A stretch of 64,000 bases of DNA, from assembly GCA_951406725.2 (NCBI GenBank), contig OX597839.1, positions 10,664,001-10,728,000 of the forward strand, written 5' to 3'. Both the position numbers and the translations under genes were made by a program. A model generated the notes under the pieces. The model was not told the origin of the DNA and made no database searches. It worked only from the letters and a program-made list of their open reading frames with translations. The stretch is from Octopus vulgaris. Lineage: Eukaryota. Each line of letters begins with the position of its first letter. The stretch's first letter is position 1. This document shows, piece by piece, positions 52,859 through 64,000 of this stretch.

Positions 52859-53317
52859 TTTTCTTTCTTTCTTTCTTAATTTGTTCATTTATTTTTTTTC
52901 CTTTGATGCAGTTATTTGAAATAATTTCTAAAATGTATATACACTTATATACCTGTTTATTTGTGTGTGGGTTTATGTGTGTGTGTGTCTGGATATGTAT
53001 GTATATCTTTAAAATAACACAACCAATAAATAAAATTCAAAACACAATTTTAAACAGCGTGTATAAACACTCCACTAAAAATCAAATGGATTTTAAAAGC
53101 TACACAGAATTTACAAACACTCAACAATGAATAAACCTAATATGGCAAGAAACATCTATAGAAAGTTTCGCTTGGTCTATATAATTTCTGTGCTCCCAAT
53201 AAGTCCTTTGATACTGCACTAGCATGGAGTTACCATGGGTTCCCTGGTTTGACCGATGTATGCACATATGCTGCGTTCTGTATGGCTAGCGTTGAATACA
53301 AATTTATTTCTAAATCT

Positions 53318-53517
53318 TGTGTGGTAATAAGCTTGCTTACGAACCACATGGTTCCGGGTTCAGTCCCACTACGTGGCATCTTGGGTAAATGTCTTCTTCT
53401 AGAGCCTCAGGCCGACCAAAGCCACGTCAGTGGATTTGGTAGGCGGAAACTGAAAGAAGCCCGTTATATATATATATATTGAGTGGATTTGGTAGACGGA
53501 AACTGAAAGAAGCCCGT

Positions 53518-53556
<39 letters not shown>

Positions 53557-53766
53557 GTGTGTGTTTTTGTGTCTGTGTTTGTCCCACCAACATCGGTTGG
53601 CAACCGATGCTGATGTGTTTACGTCCCCATAACTTAGCGGTTCAGCAAAAGAGGCCGATAGAATAAATACTGGGTTTGCAAAGAATAAATCTCGGGGTTG
53701 ATTTCCTCGACTAAAGGCGGTGCTCCAGCATGGCCACAGTCAAATGACTGAAACAAGTAAAAGAAT
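53318..53766 (+). mobile_element. SINE family A with internal duplication
   Basis: The AGTGGATTTGGTAG..GAAGCCCGTT block occurs twice. Confidence 0.88.
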
Positions 53767-53774
53767 ATGTATGT

Positions 53775-53840
<66 letters not shown>

Positions 53841-53906
53841 AATATATATGTATATATATATGTATGTATATATGTATGTATATATGTATATATGTATGTG
53901 TATATG

Positions 53907-53957
<51 letters not shown>

Positions 53958-54634
53958 TGCGAACAGCCAGATTCGATCCCACCGCATGACATGTTAGGCA
54001 AGTGCCTTTTCTTTTTATTACAGCCTCAACTCAAAGCAGGTCTTGCGAATGAATTCAGTTAGATGCCTGTTTCCGGTAGACAAGCGCTTTGCTTTGATAA
54101 CACAATGCTCTCATGCTTTTGTTTTTTCGTCTAAATGCTGCATGCCTAAACTCATCTCTTCGAAAGCCGAAACTGTTACACCCCACATATTGCTCTTGCT
54201 ATTTCTAATGGCCAAACCTTGTGTGTGTATGTGTATGCATGTGTGCGTATATGAGTGTGCACACACACGTGCATGCGCGTGCGATTGTTGTTTTATAGTG
54301 CCAGAAATATGCGCCAGAATCGTTCACTCTAGTACAATTGTAAATGAAAACGTCAGTACCCCGCCCCTTTTAAAATATGTACCTTGTTGTATAATATTTT
54401 TGTTTATTTTCTTTCTCCCTTTGTTTTCGGTATGTGGTTGTCTTCTATGTGTTTTTTTTCCATTTCTAGTGGGTGTGGCTGCTATCTTTCATAACCATTT
54501 CCTACATGTATCTCTTTTACTCTTTTACTTGTTTCAGTCATTTGTCCCCTCCTTAGGTGAGTGTGTAACGGTTGATGTTTATTAAAATTAAGATGGTATA
54601 AACCTCTTTAAACGTATCCTCGACATAATGGATT

Positions 54635-54828
54635 CAAATTTTGTCACAAGGCCTGCAATTTCAGGGAAACGGATAAGTCGATTACTTCGACCCCAGTGTT
54701 CAACTGGTACTTATTTTAACGATACCGAAAGGATAAAAGGAAAATCAACCCAGGCGGAATTTGAACTCAGATGGTAAAGATGGACGAAATGCTACTAAGC
54801 ATTTACACGGTTTGCTAACGATTCTGCC
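54635..54828 (-). mobile_element. SINE family B, old
   Basis: Diverged match. Confidence 0.75.
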
Positions 54829-54839
54829 ACTAATAACAT

Positions 54840-55110
54840 ATCATCATCATCATCATTTAACGTCCGTTTTCCATGCTAGCACGGGTTGGACGGTTTGACC
54901 GGGGTCTGGGAAGCCAGGAGGCTGCACCACGCTCCAGTCTGATCTGGCAGTGTTTCTACAGCTGGATGCCCTTCCTAACGCCAACCACTCTGTGAGTGTA
55001 GTGGGTGCTTTTTACGTGCCACTGGCACAGGTGCCAGGGGAGTCTGGCAGTGTCCACGATCGGTTGGTACTTTTTACGTGCCACCGGCACAGAAGCCAGT
55101 CAAGGCGGCG
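54840..55110 (-). mobile_element. RTE-related non-autonomous element, 3' part
   Basis: Minus strand has GGTTGGCGTTAGGAAGGGCATCCAGCTGTAGAAAC (RTE 5'UTR-type block) and ends GGACGTTAAA(TGA)n. Confidence 0.7.
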
Positions 55111-55489
55111 AAGAATAATTCCGTAGGTGAAATCTCCATTCTCTCTCCTCATTAATAAAAAGGGCCAGTGCCAAAAATTCTATTTTCCTTTGCTGATGGA
55201 TGCTGTTCGTCAATTTGTGGTAGACACTTGTTATTTCTAGCAGCGAGAGATGGTCGCTGGAGGCTCCAGTTTTGGTTCGTCTGAGAATCTGCATCATTCG
55301 TGCTCACCTGTGAATGATGGGATCGAAAGAGAAATGCTGCAAACATCAATCTTGGACTCGTTTCTTGGAGAGAAAATACTTTGGAAGCGACAGTGATATT
55401 TCTACTGGACGTAATTTGTGTGCTGTGTTCTGACAAGTCTAATTTCCTGCAGACTTGAAGAGTTCCACTTCCTCTGTTGACAAGTTCAG

Positions 55490-57950
<2,461 letters not shown>

Positions 57951-58217
57951 TGCGTGTTAAATCTCGAATCTTCTACAGTCCACTTCTGTCGTAGTATATT
58001 CATTTTGATTAATTTATTTGAAACCATTTACTAAACTCGTTTACCCCGATGTCAGTTCTACATAACGACCACCTTGAATGATGGCCGACATTTTAACCTC
58101 TTTATACGCCTACCAGTACAGCATTATTGCAACGAGCCAAATCGCCCCCAAACCCTACACTGTCCTTTTAAAAAAGTAAGGATGCGCTTGTAGTAATGGA
58201 AACCCTTATCTTGTAGC

Positions 58218-58430
58218 TTTTACTCTTTTACTTGTTTCAGTCATTTGACTGTGGCCATGCTGGAGCACCACCTTTAGTCGAGCAAATCGACCCCCAGGAC
58301 TTATTCTGTGTAAGCCTAGTACTCGTTCTATCGGTCTCTTTTGCCGAACCGCTAAGTGACGAGGACGTTAACACACCAGCATCGGTTGTCAAGCGATGTT
58401 GGGAGGACAAACACAGACACATAAATACAT

Positions 58431-58504
<74 letters not shown>

Positions 58505-58667
58505 GACGGGCTTCTTTCAGTTTCCGTCTACCAAATCCACTCACAAGGCTTTGGTCGGCCCGAGGCTATCGTAGAAGACACTTGCCCAAGGTGCCACGTA
58601 GTGGGATTGAACCCGGACCCATGTGGTCGGTAAGCAAGCTACTTACTACACAGCCACTCCTACGCCT
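58218..58667 (-). mobile_element. SINE family A, full length
   Basis: Reverse-complement match to 9450-9844. Confidence 0.92.
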
Positions 58668-58989
58668 ATATCTTGTATCTTTTTGTTGTTTCGGTCATTG
58701 GATTGTGGCCATGCTGGGGTGCCGCTTTGTAGGATTTAGTCGAACAAAGAGATAACAGGTTTTTTTTTCATTTTGTTTTGTCTTGTCTTTTTGTTTTAAG
58801 TACTTATTTTATCGGGGTCTGTAGCCGAAGTTAAGTTATGGAGACGTAAACAAACCAACACCGCTGTGAAGCAGTACTGTAGAACAAATACAAGCACAAA
58901 GATACACAAAGATACACCCTTCGTACTTAGCATTGTAGAATCGATTAAGGGCCATTGTCCGTAGCATTGTAGAATCCATCAAGGACCAA

Positions 58990-59252
58990 TCTCGCCGCCA
59001 GCACGTTAGTCGCAATTCCTTTGCTAAGGACTCTTCTAGTTTACTAACAAGCTCACCTTCTACTCTAGAATTTTCTATCATAACTTACTTAATAAACCTT
59101 ATCAATGCTAATATTGTAGTCCTTTCCAGGGTTGACCACCATCGGTTATTGACGATTGCCCCCATCAACTCACTCTTTACTAGTTCTCTAATTCGGTCTC
59201 TGAAAACTTGGCGTGCTGAGAAAGACGTGTTTCCAGTATCCGGGTCCTTGTC
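58990..59252 (-). pseudogene. Tx1/L1-clade ORF2 fragment just after the endonuclease domain
   Basis: GPGYWK/(LN)TS with a frameshift, then FRDRIRELV...NRWWSTL...IRFIK*...EGELVSKLE. Confidence 0.65.
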
Positions 59253-59273
59253 TAACAATACTAATAATGGTTT

Positions 59274-59600
59274 CAAATTTTGGCACAAGGCCATTAATTT
59301 CTATAGACGGGTAAGTTGATTACATCAGCCCTAGTATTCAACTGGTACTTATTTTATTGACCCCGGAAGAATGAAAAGAAAAGTCGATCTCGGTGGAATT
59401 TGAAATAATAAGGCCTGAAGTTTTGGAGAAGGGGACCAGTCGATCACATCGACCCCAGTTCTTGACTAGTTCTTATTTTATCGACCCCGAAAGGATAAAA
59501 GTCAAAGTCAACCTCGGCGGAATTTGAACTCAAGGCGGACGAAATGTTGCTAAACATTTTATTAGGCATGCTGACGATTCTGCGAGCACGCCGCCTTATT

Positions 59601-59631
<31 letters not shown>

Positions 59632-59812
59632 TAACAACAACAACAACAACAACAACAACCCTTTCAACTAAAAGCACATGGCCTGAAATTTTGGGGTAGG
59701 GGGCAAGTCGATTACATCGACCCCAGTGCGTAACTGGTACTTATTTTATCGACCTCGAAAGGATAAAAGTCAAAGTCGACCTCGGTGGAATTTGAACTCA
59801 GAACGTAAAGAC
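59274..59812 (-). mobile_element. Three old SINE B copies
   Basis: Repeated TCGACCCC..GAAAGGAT..GTCGACCTCGG blocks. Confidence 0.8.
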
Positions 59813-60589
59813 GGACTTTTATTAGTGTTACTGTTTTTAAAGAAAATTTAGAAATGGTTAATAAACGCATAATGTACATATATATGTGCGTACGTGTGTC
59901 TATACACTTATGTATACACACACACACACACACATCTCTCTCTCTCTTTTTATCTTGCGCATACACACGTACACATACATGTATATATGTGTATTTTTTT
60001 CCAGTTTATAAACAATAAACATTGGTATAATAATACACCAAATTACCCATAATTTTGGCAAAGCAAAAAGAGAAATGACAATAAAAGTAAAAAATAAAAA
60101 TAATAATAATGGGGAAGGCCAACCTCAAAGAAAATCCTGTTTTCAATTTAAAGAATATTAGCTTAACACAAAAGTTGAAGCAGAACCACCAAAAATCAAA
60201 GAATTGTACAGTAATTCAATTGAAAGAAATCTTCCAATACAATGAAAGTCAACGTTTTATCTGCGAAATTTATGGCGAAGCGAAAGTTTGTAGCGCGTTT
60301 AACTATTGGCAAAACAGAGCGAAGAAAGGAAACAGGATTAGATGTAACAGTATTTCTCACAGATGCAACATATTTCTGTTATCGAAAATTTTTAAGAACA
60401 GCATAAGTCAACCATTTATAGTACTTTTGAGAGGATTTCAGATAAAAACAGAAGAACAGAAGTTAAGAAAATAAAGGCGACTAAGGCAAATAAAATAAAA
60501 ATTCTCTCATAGACGTTGTTAGTATTACTTATAATACAAAGAAACGCTTCTATGAACCCTGTACTGTACTGTGTATTTATACGTGTGTG

Positions 60590-60661
<72 letters not shown>

Positions 60662-60672
60662 TGTGTGTGTGT

Positions 60673-60985
60673 GTGGAGGCGCAATGGCCCAGTGGTTAGC
60701 GCAGCTGACTCGCAGTTGTAGGATCGCGGTTTCGATTCCCAGACCGGGTATTGTGAGTGTTTATGGAGCGAAAACACCTAAAGCTCCATGAGGCTCCGGC
60801 AGAGGGTGGTGGCGATCCCTGCTGTACTCTTTTGCCACAACTTTCTCTCACTCTTTCTTTGGTTGGCCTGCTCGCTTAGCTAGCGGTGTGGCGTCATTTG
60901 AAGGCTAAAACAATGCGAAGCGCATTGTGACCAGCGATGTGTAACAACATCTGCAAGCTTGGTCGGTCACGGTGATCACGGTGAT
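60673..60985 (+). mobile_element. SINE family C1
   Basis: Match to 51133-51446. Confidence 0.92.
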
Positions 60986-60996
60986 ATTTGAATGTA

Positions 60997-61299
60997 GTGG
61001 AGGCACGTGGCCTAGTGGTTAGAGCAGCGGACTCGCGGTCGAGGGATCGCGGGTTCGAATCTCAGACCGGGCGATGTGTGTGCTTATTAGCGAAACACCT
61101 AAGCTCCACACGGCTCTGGCAGAGGGTAATGGCGAAACTTCTGCTGACTCTTTCGCCACAACCTTCTTTCACTCTTTCCACCTGAATCTTGCAGCTCACC
61201 TGCGATGGACTGGCGTCCCATCCAGGTGGGGAACCTATAATCCAAGGAAACCGGGAAACCGGCCCTTATGAGCCAGGCATGGCTCCAGAAGGAACAAAC
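60997..61299 (+). mobile_element. SINE family C2
   Basis: Match to 47814-48121; TSD ATATTTGAATGTA / ATATATGAATGTA. Confidence 0.92.
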
Positions 61300-61710
61300 A
61301 TATATGAATGTATGCTCTTCTCTTTATCTTTTTAATCTAGAGTAAATTTTGACCGGCCACCTATTTGTGAAGGAAAGTATCTTGTTTGAGCAATTATCCT
61401 TCAAGTCTTAAGAAAGTCTTGCAGATTTTTATACTTCCCCGTATTACGATCATTTGTAGCGTATGAGTTAAGGGTTTGCATTCTCTCTGTAAAGATCCTA
61501 AGTTCAGCCATACTTTGCTCCAGACGGGTTGGAATGTATCCTGTTGCTCCATATATGTATGTATGCATGCATCTATGTATGTTCTTCTCTTTTCAGTTTT
61601 AGAGTAAAGTTTGACCGGTCGACCAAAACCTCACGCAAAAGGGCTTTGGTAGACCCGAGGGTTTGCCCAAGGTTCTAGGCAGTGGGATTGAACCTGGAAC
61701 GATGTAGTTG

Positions 61711-61952
61711 GCAGACGAAATACCTATTTCTTGCTGCCCACAAGGGGCTACACACAGAGGGTACTAACAAGGATAGATAAATGGATTAAGTCGATTATAT
61801 CGACCCCAGTGTGTAACTAGTACTTATTTAATCGACCCCGAAAGGATGAAAGGCAAAGTCGACCTCAGCGGAATTTGAACTCAGAACGTAGCGGCAGACG
61901 AAATACTGCTAAGCATTTCACCCGACGTGCTAACGATTCTGCCAGCTCGCCG
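61711..61952 (-). mobile_element. SINE family B with tail-into-head junction
   Basis: GCAGACGAAATACC|TATTTC at 61724. Confidence 0.88.
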
Positions 61953-62389
61953 TCTCATTTTCTCTTTTTTCACGCGGATAGCCACGCTCTTCATCGACGG
62001 ACGAGCCGAGTGATCCCCCGTCCAAACACTTTATTGACACTTTATCGGTTCTGCCAATTCACTACTCTCGACTCGTTAAATATTGCTGCAGAAAATTTCT
62101 GATGCTGCAATATTGATATCATGAGATATTTCTGACGAGTTAGCTCAACAATGTAGATGTCAGCGCAAAAATATTTTAAGACCTATTGAAAGTCTAAATC
62201 TAAAAGAAAGGAAAATTTGCAAGGTAGGAAGGCCAGAACTTGGGGAAACTGATTTCTGAAGTAACACAATTCAAAATATGATGGCGTCCGACACAGAAGC
62301 GTAGAAAATTCAAGATAAAAGATCTAACTTTTGATTCTTTGTCGTGTTAACATTTGGTTGTAGTGTTGGGTGGCTTGGCTACAAATGAG

Positions 62390-62711
62390 CTTAAAGGAAA
62401 ATCTGCTTTTGAATTGCTTTATTTTTCATCGGAAGAAACATTTTCTGATTTTGGCATCAACAGCGTGATAAATTTAGCCGGGAAATACAAAGAGATCATG
62501 GACTTTGATACGAAATACATCCCTGAGCTTATTGTATGTCAATATAATTGACTTCAAATATTTAATAGTTCAAACAGTTAAAATACTTTCATTGAAATTA
62601 TTTTTTAAAATGGTGGCCTACCATATGGAAAATGTTGCTCCTTTTAATGTAATCACTCTGCTTCTTGGCATACGTTCAGCTATTCAAGCAAATGTTGATT
62701 GTGATGCCTGA
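62390..62711 (+). pseudogene. Possible decayed hAT-type transposase C-terminal region
   Basis: FG...VINLA.KY...L..QY / DFK.L...LLGIRSAIQANVDCD loosely recalls the hAT dimerisation-domain region (S.A.CER); frameshifted. Confidence 0.25.
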
Positions 62712-62823
62712 TTCAATCTAGTGCAGTGCCTCTCAATTATTTTCCACCTATGGACCCCTTTCATTCCTATTTTACTCGGATGAATTCCCATAGCCATTTG
62801 TTTTTTTTTAAAGTCCTGTTATA

Positions 62824-63005
62824 GGCGCAGGTGTGGTTGTGTGGTAAGAAGCTTGCTTCCCAACCAGATGATTCTGGGTTCGAGTCCATGCAGTGGGACA
62901 AGTATCTTCTGCTATAGCCTCAAGTCGACCAAAGCCTTATGAGTGGATTTGGTAGAGGAAAACTGAAAGAAGCTTGTCGTATTCGGCAAATGAGACCAAT
63001 AGAAT
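62824..63005 (+). mobile_element. SINE family A, diverged and deleted
   Basis: Head GGCGCAGGTGTGGTTGTGTGGTAAG. Confidence 0.8.
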
Positions 63006-63009
63006 AATG

Positions 63010-63358
63010 ACACAGGAACATGTGGCATACATCAAAATGAAGCCGTTTGCCTCTTAAACCCTCTTTCATGGGGCCAAACAGATCATAGTCCAGTGACGAT
63101 GATAGTCCATTGGCGAGGAAGTGAGAACTGTAGTGAAGAAGTGGCCCAAAGAAGAGTCAACAGACTTTTACGGGGCAGGGGTACATGCTTTCATTCGAAG
63201 GTGGAATATTGCTAATTGAGAGAAACAGTGACTATGTTGAGAAGTAGGGATGCGATCCACAGAGGACCAGCTTCATTTTGATGTATGATACATGTCCCTG
63301 TGTTGGTAATTATACCTGTCCAAAACAAAATGGCATTACTTTTTGACTCACCCTCGTA
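63010..63358. pseudogene. Rearranged mariner transposase 3' end with right TIR
   Basis: Minus strand: DYDLFGPMKEGLRGK. Plus strand: EEVRTVVKKWPKEESTDFYGAGVHAFIRRWNIA/IERNSDYVEK*. Ends TTACTTTTTGACTCACCCTCG-TA. Confidence 0.85.
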
Positions 63359-63793
63359 GTTGCGCTAACGAGTTGTATCGTTCATATAAGCATGATGTTC
63401 TGCTGATCTGATAAGCTAGCTTGCTTTATCGGCATTGATTTGTGAATGTAAAATTGTATAATACGCAGCAATATACGTATTGTATAATATGCAGCACTAA
63501 TATGCATATTAGTGCAGAGAAGTATACATAATTCATTATACACTTATATTATTATGTCCATGGAAAAGGCTGTGAAACGGCTGTAATCCTAAGAGTATCA
63601 AGTGATTAAATAAATATATTCATTTCTTATACCTCTTGATGTTTGTACCTTAAATAATCCTTATGAAATAAGGATCTCCTGAAACTCTGCATTATACGCC
63701 TCTTTTGGATTACATTGTGATCTGTTAGCCGAGTCCGCTAGAGGAGCTTTCTGTGCCAACAACATGAGTCTATAAATCCATATATTATGCTAC

Positions 63794-63841
<48 letters not shown>

Positions 63842-64000
63842 ATGTTCGCGTGTATGTCTATATGTGTGCGTATGAATGTGTATATACGTGTATGCGTGTT
63901 TATGTGTGTGTGTTACCATTTACATAAGTTAACATCATTCAAAGCTGCAAGTTCTTTCAACTCAAGTTGAAGTGGTTTAAAAAAAAATATTCGATAATAA

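Overview
Eukaryotic, AT-rich, extremely microsatellite-dense non-coding DNA. The tRNA-derived SINE families look like those I recall from octopus genomes; this assignment is from recall, not a search. No intact protein-coding gene, rRNA, genuine tRNA or CRISPR array is visible, and almost every ORF in the track is a microsatellite or SINE artefact. The window is a mosaic of five element types: (1) several tRNA-headed SINE families built from shuffled modules; (2) GGATCT-terminal MITEs, most with about 8-bp TSDs and internal TTAGGG repeats; (3) non-autonomous Helitrons; (4) mariner-derived pieces; (5) decayed fragments of Penelope-like, CR1/L2-like, Tx1/L1, RTE and Ty3/Gypsy retroelements. Most notable: short (TA)n-associated Penelope-type units carrying minimal hammerhead-ribozyme motifs, one family with a recurrent variant core and a filled/empty site pair; a SINE that repeatedly inserts into its own or related copies at GGTAYTT; a LINE 3' end sharing a compensatorily conserved stem-loop with the main SINE; a MITE flanked by a 65-bp duplication; a convergent pair of CTCF-like motifs; and one plausible host exon (46080-46213).
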